DNA from: Fistulifera solaris | Lineage: Eukaryota | Reading direction: 5' to 3' | NCBI GenBank assembly: GCA_030295235.1 | Contig: AP026169.1 | Coordinates: 124,001-188,000 of the forward strand | Length of the DNA stretch: 64,000 bases | Shown: positions 23,034-34,176 of the stretch, piece by piece | Position numbering within the stretch: the stretch's first letter is position 1 | Layout: every line of letters starts with the position of its first letter | Program-made: the position numbers and the translations under genes | Notes under the pieces: model-generated | Seen by the model: the letters and a program-made list of their open reading frames with translations, nothing else | The model's database searches: none | What the model was told of the DNA's origin: nothing

Positions 23034-25449
23034 ATGGTCCCCATTACCGGAAGCCAAGACGCCGGTCGATTTCGCCCTCCGCGTCCTTCTACCGTCGGCA
23101 TTCAACAATCGACGATGAGCTTTGGTGGCCGACAACGAAACCGACGTCGGTCTTCGGCTCGATTCTTACAACTCCATAACCGCGATAGGGTGATTCATGA
23201 AGAAGCAGAAGAGGAGGAACAAGTGGAAGACAACAATTCTGGAAATCTGCAAGAACTCTACAAGAAAGTGATTCGTATGAACGCGGAGAATAAAATTAAT
23301 GCCAGCAATAGTTGGTCTCTTCGTCTCATTGAAAATATTGACACGTTTCTTGAAGAAGACGAAGAGAAAGATTCGAGCGAAGATGAAGAGGAAAAAGAGG
23401 AAGAAATCAACAAGGAGAATGCTGGTAACACGGCCCTCGTCCCCAAACGCGTCAACTTCACCAAGGCATCATGCACTTTGGATGCCAGTGTCAAAATCTA
23501 TTCGTATCGCGTCGATGATGTCCATCTCACCTCGTACAAGGTTCTGGCAAATCTTCATCGGAACAGCAACAAGGACGACACGGCTCACGCGCCTCCTTCG
23601 AATCGTGACAACCATAACCAGGAGGAAGCCACCGGTGAACAGGAAGAAAAAGGAACCGAGAAGTCTTCCGGAAACGCACCGACGCTGGAGCACAACATTG
23701 GTAAATTTGGATATGTTTGTTCATGTCGCTCTGTGCGTTACTTCGTACACTATACAATACTCATCTGCTCTTTCTCAATTATTCAGCCAACATTAACTTG
23801 AGCAAGCTGGACTCCGCATTCGATATTGATCCTTTGTTTTCCAAAATGTCAAAGGCGTTTGATGAGGGCGGTGCGAAAGGGCTCTTGTTGGTCAATCTTG
23901 GTGTGAGCTCCAACGGTTGCAACATTGTTTTCGATAGCAAGGCCGAAGCGGACTTTGATGAAGACGCCAATTCCGATAACGATCACAATGCTGGAAACGA
24001 TAAACTGATTGATATTTCCATTCTTATCGACAAGTTGAAAGAGCAAACAGCAACAGACGATGCGAGAGATATGTTGGCTGCACTAGAAGACTTGCCCCTC
24101 GTGCCGCAGCTCTCAGAATTGCGGGCCGAACACGCTGTTCTGGAATCCCAAGGTTTCACCGTCGGTGAAAGTACTGACGATACGGAGACGGAACGGAAAC
24201 GTGGTCATTATTTCAAAGTCAGTGAGGAAGAAGAGAAAGAGGCCGATCGAAGCATTCACCAAGATGCCCTGGAGCGCAGTCGCGCTAGTCAAGGCCGCCC
24301 GTCGTTTTTAGGAAGCGAAGCCGGAGAAGAGATGTCGTATGGCGACGACAACGTCTTTGCGGGTGACAATGACGACGATGATGACTTTTGTGATGATGGC
24401 ATGTTTTTGAACGTGACTCCTCAGCGCGCGTCATCGTTTTCGGGTAACTCTGTAATTGAGACTGACCATGAGACCCGAACTCAAAATCAAGCTACATCGA
24501 ACTTCCTGGACATGCTTTCGAACACACATGATTTCTGGTCAACGGATAATGATACTCAATTCTTCAAGCCCGATCTATTCGCCACACAAGGGCAGAATCA
24601 TTGGGCGGGTGTATCACATTGGAATGCTGGGAAGAAACAAGTTGCAAACAAGACCGCAACGAAGGAGAAGAATACGAATGCGCCTCGAAGCGAAAGAAAG
24701 ACCCGTAAAAAGCCCATGGTGGATTTTTCAAAACCTCCGAAAAATTTCGACTTTGCAGTCGGGCAAGGCTTGACCTGGAGTAGTGCCACTATTGCGAAGC
24801 ATAGTCGCAATGAAAATGTGCTGCCGCTGGATGCTGGTATCTTGTCGTTAAAGCAACTTCAATCTCTCTTCCTTCGCCCTACACTTATGATCCCATCCAA
24901 AGATCAAAGTCGGAGTAAAAGGCTGTTGGCTTTGCCGACACTGACGATTGGGACACTGGAGGTGGTTTTGATGATGGAAATGACGACGACGACGACGATG
25001 GTCCGGGATTCTTCATGTCTTCCAATGATGACGAGGTCGACAAAGAAGAAGACGATGACTTCATACGTGAATTGGAAGGAGTTCGTAAAGTTGAAAAAGT
25101 ACAAGTGGGCTACGCAACAATTGCAAAGAAAGTGGATGTGAAGAAATTGAAAACTGATTTGTGGAAGGAACTCGAGTCGAAATTCTCTGTCACGAAAAAG
25201 GATGACGATACAATTGATGGCGACCGCAGTGAAGACGAGACCATGGCAGAGCAGCCTCCTACTGTCCTTTCATTCAAAGAGGCCGTCCAGAACATGGAAG
25301 CAACAAAGTCTCAGTCCGATGTGACGTTACCCTTTTACTTCATTTGCATCCTTCACTTAGCCAATGAGAAGGGTCTGCGCCTAGTCGACAAGGGACTAGA
25401 CGAATTTGAAATCATCCACGAGGGTCTCAAGTCATCGTCGAACTTTTGA
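23034..25449 (+). CDS. NCAPH: Condensin I kleisin subunit (CAP-H/barren/Cnd2)
   Basis: Motifs NAENKINASNSW, NFTKASCTLDASVKIYSYRVD, FDIDPLFSKMSKAFDEGGAKGLL, YATIAKKVDVKKLK and FICILHLANEKGL. Intron 23701-23786; indel near 24917. Confidence 0.95.
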
Positions 25450-25564
25450 AAATTCGAAGTGAGAATGTTGTGTCTTTGTCTTGACTAAACTAAGTTGATT
25501 GCTCCTTATTATCGACTAAATTCGCCTACGGTATCTACTTCTCTTTTCCTCAACTCAATCGGTT

Positions 25565-26569
25565 TTATATTCCCAGCGCCTCCTTGAGACTGCCCCTATT
25601 GTCTTCTTTGAGTTCCGTCACAATATCCAATCCACCCACCAACTCACCGTCGACATATAATTGCGGATATGTGGGCCAGTCTGAAAATTTCTTGAGCCCT
25701 TCACGCACTTGGTTATCCTGCAAAATATCAAACGAATCGTACGATATGTTTTCTTCGTCGAGCAGTTGCACGATTTGACGCGAAAAACCACAGCGTGGCG
25801 CCGATGGTAATCCTTTCATAAACAGCATGACGCGATGGCGTTTCACTAATGCGGCTAATCGTTCTTGTAATGACGGAGCACCAGTCGATGCGATCTTTAA
25901 TTGTTGACGCAATCCCCCCTCTTCTTGTTTCATCTCCTTCATGATATCCAAACCACCCATAAGTTCACCTCTTACGTAAAGTTGCGGATACGTGGGCCAG
26001 TCAGAATATTTTTGAGCTCTTGTCGCACAACTTCGTCCGACAGTATATCAAAGGAACCAAAGGGAATGTTTTCTTCTTGCAACAATTCCATGGCTTGTCG
26101 CGAGAATCCGCATTTGGGAGCGTCCGGCGTCCCCTTGATAAAAAAGCATGACTTCCGCGGATGTAATGAGTCGTTGCAATCGTTGTTTGATTTGTTCTTC
26201 CGATGAAAGTTGTACGGGAGTTGTTGCTGTTGTGGTGGTGGTGGTTTCTTGTAAGAGTCGTTGTACGCTTTGTGTAATTTTGGCCACATCGTCTCCGCCT
26301 TCGAATTTCTCGACGACTGAACCCTGCAATAAAACGAACGTCGGAACGAGGCTGACTTGGTAGTGTTGCACGAGTGCGGGACATTCTTCGGCATTCACAC
26401 GCCCAAAGAGGACGTCGTCGGTGCTCGCTGTATTCGCCAAAGCTCGCAACACTTGATCCATCGGGCCTCCTTCCGTCGAAGCTTCATGCCACGGAGCCCA
26501 AAACAACAACACCGCCTTTTGTCCTGTTGCGAGAATTGTTGTTACATCCACTACTTGATTATGCGTCAT
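25565..26569 (-). CDS. GLRX3: Multidomain monothiol glutaredoxin (Trx-Grx-Grx; Grx3/PICOT type)
   Basis: Trx-like FWAPW N-terminal domain and two PxCGFS Grx domains, the second with [18 protein letters not shown]. Frameshifts at homopolymers. Confidence 0.9.
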
Positions 26570-27156
26570 TTTTTGTGATTTGTTGTAATTCTTAACTAAG
26601 AATTGAGGGTAATTTATAGACGAATAACCGAAATAATGATGATTCTCATCGTGTTTAGTTGTTGGCAAAGTGGGGAATGGGAATGCGGACGAAATACGAA
26701 CCGAAAGATCCGGTCTTAATAAAGTCGCACAGGTAACGAACGGTGTTTCACGTTCACGGACACGGACACTTTGTTTCAAGTTGTGACCGTGGACCGGTTT
26801 TCGTCGTTACTTTATCTTAGGTATTTCTAACGCCTATTTTCGATCCTCAACACAAAACATTGATTGACTGGTCATCATTTAATTATTTAGCCGGTTCGCT
26901 GTACAGATTGTCAATCACTGGATTATTGCCCCACGACTTCTCATTCATAATTATGTACTAAATAACCTTTTCCATTCATCTTCCTATTTGAACTTTCTGT
27001 TCGTTGTGATCGTAATCGAAGTGTCGAGGTCTTTCACCACATTCACTTTTCGTTATCTTTTTCCTATGTTCCCCCCCCCCCCCCCAAACGGATTCATTCA
27101 TCCAACATTCAACAGACAACCATTGTGTTGTCCATTGACTCCTTTATTGATTCATC

Positions 27157-28271
27157 ATGAAGAAGAATAATCCGAGCGCACGGCAACGTCGGACCATTTC
27201 AGTGAATGATGATGATACACGCCACAATTTGCCGTTCTGCGACTACTATTCGTTTCTTAAAGAACGATCCATCGTATTCATCAATGATTGGGATGTGGAA
27301 ATACGAGAAATTGAGCATTTTGATCGGTACAGCGAGTTCTACAGCAAACTTTGGTATTCGAAACACGACTACACAATGTTCAGTGCTCACGATGATCTCA
27401 TTGTCAAAATTGCCAGTGCCGGAAACTTTTACGAAACCGCGGAGCACAGCATCCGGGGCTTGGAAAAGCAACTCAACGACGAAAACAACAATATGGAAGA
27501 GATGGCACTAGAAGCCGTACAAAAGAGCAACGGAGACAGAGGGAACAGGGAGTCTATGAACCGGAAGCGCTCGCTAACATTTATCGACTCGCGTCGATGA
27601 GTTGCAAGCACGAAGCACGCATACGAGGCATTCAAGATGCTTTACAAGTACATCAATCGCCAATGTTGGGATTTTCTGTGGATGGGGAACATTATTCCTG
27701 TGATGAGATAGAGACGACGCGACGGCGAAAGCCGCGGTCCCAAAGTATGATGCACGCACCTACCGCCGAAGTGGATCATTCGTCCAGTCATCGCTCCGTT
27801 CGACATTCCGTTCATTCGCATCCCATTTCGCGATCCGACCGGAAATCCCGATACGCGTCGTTACACGAACGAATCATTTACACCGATGTTCCGAAAACAC
27901 GACAACCGACTCAAGCACCTCGACGGAAAGCGCGTTCCTTGAGCCTATTGGGAAGTGTCACAGCCAATTCGTACGCCAATGAAGCTTCCTCAGAACGAGC
28001 CCTTTCCCCACAAAAGATTGCATCGAAATGTGCTTCTAAGAAATCTGTCAAGACGAACCAAGGCGAGTTACTTTCTTCAAAATGTACTTTTCAAAAGGAT
28101 GCAATGACAGAAGATAGCAAACATTCTTCGACGATCCGCGAAAAGTTTTCAAGGAAGAGTCTGAACAAGCGCGACGGCAAGAAAGATCCTACCATAAAAT
28201 TTATGCCAGGAAGTCCACGAAAACGCAGATCGTCTCTCGAACTGAACACAAAGGTGAAGCAAGAACAATGA
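27157..28271 (+). CDS. Hypothetical protein with a Ser/Lys/Arg-rich tail; indel near 27520
   Basis: ORFs 27157-27600 and 27597-28271 are joinable. Confidence 0.55.
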
Positions 28272-28353
28272 GAGGACTAGATCAGACTCTTTTGCTGCAT
28301 TCATTTTCATAATAAAATTTATTCAAATATTAGTTTAAACTACGACATCAATT

Positions 28354-28356
<3 letters not shown>

Positions 28357-28407
<51 letters not shown>
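28357..28407. repeat. (AG)~25 microsatellite
   Basis: Directly visible in the intergenic region between convergent genes. Confidence 0.95.
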
Positions 28408-28411
<4 letters not shown>

Positions 28412-28707
28412 GAGACTTGCAACCATGCAAAATGAACAGCATCACTATTATTTTTATTGTCCGTATTATTATTTCATCTGCATTCAACAGTGCCGTCTGT
28501 CTGTCCTTCTCTGGCAGTTCACAAAATTGAATGCTATAGTTACACACGTTCTTAGCTATATAGTCTTTCTGCTATCAGCTACCAACTCTACCCAAACAAT
28601 CACATGAAATTTCAATGGACTTAAGTCTTATGAGCTCATAAACATTTCTATAGTATAATCAACTTAGCATCAATTGATTCAGCCAACACTTCCCTCGTTT
28701 TTTTTAT

Positions 28708-30147
28708 TTAATCAATTACCGAAGCAGCTCCGTAAGCCACAGTGATATCCGGATCAATGTGCGTATTGACCTTGCTCTGCAACAAAGCTTCTTGTACGAG
28801 TTGTCGTATTTGCGGCATCCGCGTCGTGCCTCCTACCATGACAACTTCATCAATGTCTTGACTTTGGAGTTGAAAGTCGTGCAGTAATCGATGTATGGGA
28901 GCCACGGAGCGATCCAATAATGGTTGAACGATTTGTGCGTACACAGCGGGTGTCAACTCCAGAGTGATGGGACGCAAGGATGAACAGGCAATATTGTCCA
29001 CATCGTGTTCCAAGCCGAGGCATTGTGCCTGTACGGAAGTAGTGGCATTGATCGATGATGAAGAAAGTTGTATTTTGAGTTGTTCCCCCAAGGTATGAAA
29101 CGAAGAAGCGGTACACAGAGGATACTCCTGGAGACATGGCAAATCCGCATATTCCATGTGTGGCAAATGCCGATGAACGCGTTCCACGACACTCGGATGT
29201 TGCTGTAACCAATAATGTGCAATGGCCGAATCAAAATCGGCCCCACCCAACTGATCATCCCCATCACTGCCCATAACATCCACGAAACCATCTCCACTAA
29301 CTTGTAACAAACTAACATCGAGTGTTCCGCCCCCAAAGTCGTACACGAGAATGAAATCGACACCATCTTTGTGATGCAAGCCGTACGCGAGCGCCGCCGC
29401 GGCCGGTTCTTCCAAAATGCGTTGCACCGAGACACCGGCTTCTCGAAAGGCTTGTACGGTGGCTTGTCGTTGTCTGGCATCGAATTTGGCGGGGACACAA
29501 ATGACGGCCGATTTGACATTTTCGTGTTGGAGATAGCGATTCGTCATTTGCAACAAATGTTTCACGACTTTGCTCCCCACTTGGATGGGTGTAATTGTTT
29601 GGTGGATGTGGTGGTGGTGGTTTGCAACATGAAATACGACGCTTCCGTCGTCATCATTCTCACGAAGTACAAACTCGACTTCGTTTTGAAAATGTTGGAC
29701 CGAAGGGTCGGTAAAGGTCCGACCCAACACGCGTTTCGCTTGATAAATGGTCGAAAGGGGATGAGATTCAATCAATTCTTTGGCGGCTCGTCCTACAATT
29801 GTTTCTTTGGACGAAACAAAGGAAACCACCGATGGCACAATGACGTTTCCAAATTCATCCGGAATGCATTCAATTTTCCCCACTCCCTTTTCGAGTTGTT
29901 GCACACAAATGACGGAATTGGTCGTCCCCAAATCAATCCCAGCGACACTGGCTCGTCCCCGAAATCCCATTTTGGCCATAATGGCACAAATGAGTATAGC
30001 AACGCCAATCAGTGAAGGTAAGAGAGCTTCGGGGCCCGTTTGGTCGGAGGATTTGGGGTTCCGTACGATTTGACGCCGTGGTACTTTGTCGCGTTTCCCG
30101 CGGCGGGAGCGTATTGTTGTTGTTGTTGTGGTGGTGGTGGATGACAT
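28708..30147 (-). CDS. Hsp70-family ATPase-domain-only protein with an N-terminal hydrophobic anchor (HSPA13/STCH-like)
   Basis: Motifs GIDLGTTNS, EEPAAAALAYG, VYDFGGGTLDVS and VMVGGTTRMP; stop directly after VAYGAASVID; hydrophobic LIGVAILICAIMA precedes the domain. Confidence 0.85.
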   Translation of the reverse strand: MSSTTTTTTTTIRSRRGKRDKVPRRQIVRNPKSSDQTGPEALLPSLIGVAILICAIMAKMGFRGRASVAGIDLGTTNSVICVQQLEKGVGKIECIPDEFGNVIVPSVVSFVSSKETIVGRAAKELIESHPLSTIYQAKRVLGRTFTDPSVQHFQNEVEFVLRENDDDGSVVFHVANHHHHIHQTITPIQVGSKVVKHLLQMTNRYLQHENVKSAVICVPAKFDARQRQATVQAFREAGVSVQRILEEPAAAALAYGLHHKDGVDFILVYDFGGGTLDVSLLQVSGDGFVDVMGSDGDDQLGGADFDSAIAHYWLQQHPSVVERVHRHLPHMEYADLPCLQEYPLCTASSFHTLGEQLKIQLSSSSINATTSVQAQCLGLEHDVDNIACSSLRPITLELTPAVYAQIVQPLLDRSVAPIHRLLHDFQLQSQDIDEVVMVGGTTRMPQIRQLVQEALLQSKVNTHIDPDITVAYGAASVID

Positions 30148-30583
30148 GAGGGTGAGACAGCCTGGTAGTCGACGATCGATGAGATGATGTTGTGGGATGG
30201 GTGCGATGTGCGAGACAAGAGACAAAGGAAGAACACCGAAAAAATAATATTATACTGTGGACGTGGAAGAAACCAATCGATCGTCAATCGTCAGGTACCG
30301 TACCGTACTTTCGAAAACGACTCACAATTCTTCGTGATTGACTTACAATAGACAATCCATTACGAAACGGTGAGTAGCGGTACGATAATAGCAAGGTACC
30401 TTTGGCTCATCGAACTGCAAGCTGCAAAGTACCAGTACTTTCGGTTGGAGAGTCCATCCGATCGTCGTCATCACCTTCGTCATCGTCGTGCCTCGCCGAC
30501 AAGGGATTTATTATTTATTTTTGCCGTTTCATCGCACAAAAGAACTGCGCCAACAACAACCCACCACCACCACCACCACCACC

Positions 30584-31498
30584 ATGAATGCGTTTCGTCT
30601 TGCCAATCGTTTGGTTCCACGAACCATGGGCGCTATGCGTTCGTCTTCTCGTATATTAGGAACAACAAGTGAGTAGTATGAAAAGTCAAAAGGAAAAAAA
30701 ACGAAAATAAAAATGACATTGCAAAGAAAAATCTTCGCTTTTAGGGGTTGCTGCGGTAGTTTTACCGCAGGAAACGTACAGCAGGACGAACCCTTTTTGA
30801 CCCCATCGGTGTTTTTGCAAATATTTCTAACTTTCTCTCTCTCTCTCTCTTTCTCTCTTGTTTCACTTTATACATTTTAGACGCCATTCGTCACTTGTCG
30901 GTTCCTGCTACACAAACCACACCAGCACCACTCGATCAATTGGGCAGTGTCGATCACGAGTACGAATCGACCCGCGTCGATCGTGTCGCCGAACCCGATC
31001 GTCGGGCCTTTACCTATCTCATGTTGTCGTCGGTCCAGTTTGTGTACGCGTCAGCGGCCCGTCTCCTCGTGGTCAAATTGGTAGCCTCCATGGCACCGTC
31101 GGCAGAAGTCTTGGCCTTGGCGTTTGGGGAATTTGATCTGTCCGCACTCGAAGTCGGTAAGACGATTATGGTCGATTGGCGTGGTAAACCCATTTACATT
31201 CGACGCCGATCGGCGGCGGAAATTGAAAAAAGAATCGCAAGTGCAGTTGGATCATTTGCGAGATCAGGAAGCCGACAGTGATCGTACCATCAAGCCGGAG
31301 TTTTTGGTGGTGGTCGGTATTTGTCCGCATTTGGGATGTGTGCCTTTGCCCAACGCGGGAGACTTTGGTGGATTCTTTTGCCCGTGCCACGGATCGCACT
31401 ACGATGTCAGTGGACGTATCCGTATGGGACCGGCGCCTTTGAACTTGGAAGTTCCGCCCTACAAATTCATTTCAGACACGACGGTTCTGATTGGTTAA
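30584..31498 (+). CDS. UQCRFS1: Mitochondrial cytochrome bc1 Rieske iron-sulfur subunit
   Basis: Arg-rich presequence, intron 30669-30880, CPHLGCVP and CPCHGSHYD; +1 A indel near 31228. Confidence 0.95.
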
Positions 31499-31699
31499 AA
31501 TTGATTGACTTTTACCCGGTTTTACAGAATTGCCGTTTGTAGTTCTAGATTACCTAGTCCAGCAATCGAATTTGATCTTTGACACATTCGTTTTCTTTGG
31601 TATGGCGTAAACAACATCCACTGTACACAATATTTTGTTGAGATAAAAGTCCTATTTGGTGCAAAAGAAAACTTGCTTTATAGCATCAAAAATTGTTCT

Positions 31700-33053
31700 T
31701 CAATTGGGTCGTTTGGTCATCACTTGACTCAATCGTTTTCGTGTCATGTGATCGGACTTGGAAAGGGGATCCACGTTATGTCGTATGCTGGAAGGAGAAG
31801 CATGATCCGAACTCGACAGGCGTTTACAAACACTCGCTTTCCGCACCAATGATTTCATTGGATCACTTTTTCTTCCGTCGGACGATGCTTTGGTGGTTTT
31901 CCTACTGACAACCGAGCGCTCGTCGCTGTATCTATCAGGCTTGGACTTGTGAGTGAAGACTGTAGCAGTTTCATTCGATTTCTTCATTTTGTTCTTCAGA
32001 ATGTCGTGCCCCGTCAAACTCTTGGGACGACAACGAGGTGCTACTACAGAGCGGTCATCACAACGTCGACGGGGTGATACAGAGCGGTCGTCTGTGCGCT
32101 TCGAGCTCTTGACCGAATGACTTCTGATTGTTGCCGTGTCTTCGTCCACACGACTTGTTCTCCTTCGTCGACGAGGAGATTCAAGGCCTTCTGGAGTGGT
32201 GCGCCGCGGTGATACCGTTCGTCGTCGAGGAGACTCCTCGGATCGCCGAGACGGCTTCTCACTGGTAAATTTGGGTTTTTCTTCACAGACATCTCTTGTA
32301 ACGCCGTTTTCGCAACGTCATCTCGTCCCTGAGACGAAGCAACCACAATCTTTTTCCCTCTTCTTTTGTTGTTTTCCAAGTGATCACTCACGAGTTCACC
32401 ACTACTTCCTTTACTTTCTTCCGAGAAATCATGCATCAGATCAAGCGACATAACCGACGCTGGACCCTGCGAACCGCGTCGAACTGCACGTGTTCGTCGA
32501 CGAGGTGAATTAACGCGACCGAGAGATTTGACAGACATTCGTTGCCGGACTTTGATCGGCGATGCTACGATTTCTGACTTCACTTTCTCTTTTGCCGCGT
32601 CAACTCTTTGGCCCGTGACCGCGGAGCTGTATCACGCGGGGGAGGTAGAATACCGGAGGAGGAAGATGAAACGGAAATATCATCGTCTTCCATCTGTTGT
32701 GGTCTTTGCGAGACTAGATCCAGTGTAGCTATGGATTTCTGTTTGTCGAAAAAATGTATGCTATCCTGAAATGCCCCAATATCACTCCCGAACAAGTCTT
32801 CGAACGAGCAATTGAACTTTTCGAATACCGTCTGGCTGCTTGTTGGTTTTCCGGCTCGTTTCTTTTTTCGATCGGCCATTGCCCCTTTCAAAAACGACGA
32901 GAAATCGTCTTTAGGGACATCGACTTGATAGAGTAAGTCCTCGACTGCCGCAACAACGTCTTTCAGATTCAGTTGACCTTTGCCTAGAGCTTGGCAATTT
33001 TCCTTCATTATCATGGTTGTTCGCTTATGTGAACCAATTTTGTTGTTGATCAT
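31700..33053 (-). CDS. Hypothetical Arg/Ser-rich low-complexity protein, split by indels
   Basis: Three chained minus-strand ORFs; repeated DDRSV/DERSV motifs. Confidence 0.5.
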
Positions 33054-34176
33054 CCAATGAAACGAAAAAGTTCAGAGCGTTCGTCTCATTTGGGCAATCC
33101 GTGAACCGAACTGTTTTCCTCTGTGCCATTTTTGAATGAGCGAATAAGTTTTCATGTTTTGAGACCAAACCGTACTGAGAGAAGGGCCTTCTGCCTCTTG
33201 TGATAACTTATTACATGAAACACATAGTGTCTTCACGATCCCAATAATTCTTTTTCCCGCATAGTCATACCATCGGAATTTTTAAATTGATGGCAATTGC
33301 AGAGAAGACAACTGAAAGTGTAAGTTTGCCTCTTGCTCTTTTTTTTTTACTTCGCATTTCCTATTTGCCTTTTACCTATTACAATTACCCATTACGTACT
33401 AGTACAGTACCAATCCACTACTGGTACTTGATTAGGGGAGGAACTAACGCATTGGGCCTCCCTTTTGTTCACGACTAACGATCGTAGTAAGTGCCAACTG
33501 CCAAGTAGTGTGCGTGTGCACGAGATACATTGTGGACTGTGGACTATGGCACGCGCGTATCACGTGTCCAACATCAAATTTCATCATTATTTAAAAAGTT
33601 TGACACAGGTCGAAGGCGATAGTAGCAGGAGCTCGAGGTGGAGCCCGAAGCCAAAGACTGAGACCGAAGACCTCAAAACTCAAAATCTAAACAGCTATAC
33701 TGGTACCAAGGTACCTAGTAGGCTAGTAGGCGGTCGCCTTTGACTTTTGAGTCGCCAGTCAACGATGATTTCTAATAGAAACAACCAACAAATTTTTATC
33801 TACTGCTACCAGTATAGTCTACAGACTTGAAAGTTAGTCTTTGACAGTTTATGGTTTATGGCTTCTGGTTTCTGTGCTTCTAAGTCCTACATCACTCGTT
33901 CTTTGTTCTTTCGTCTCCAGAAATCGGAAATGCTAGTAAGGAGAGAAGCACAGAGTAATGTACACTCAGCGTAATACGAATGGGCCACTCTCTGGGGCTT
34001 GATTCTTCTAGAACAGGGGTGTTGGTTAGCCTTAGCTTTAGCAAAGAACGTCATGACTAGAAACCAAAAGTTGATAGCTATATCCAATCAATTGGGAGAA
34101 AAAATAGAATCTAAATATGGCTCGGAAGCTGCGTTTACGAGGCGAAAAGAATCCTTCCAATGAGCACCCTTGGCGT

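Noticed and set aside
29371..30015. Long antisense ORFs over the Hsp70-like gene (likewise over calreticulin and at 39609-40352)
   Set aside because: Shadow ORFs expected from codon bias on the coding strand.
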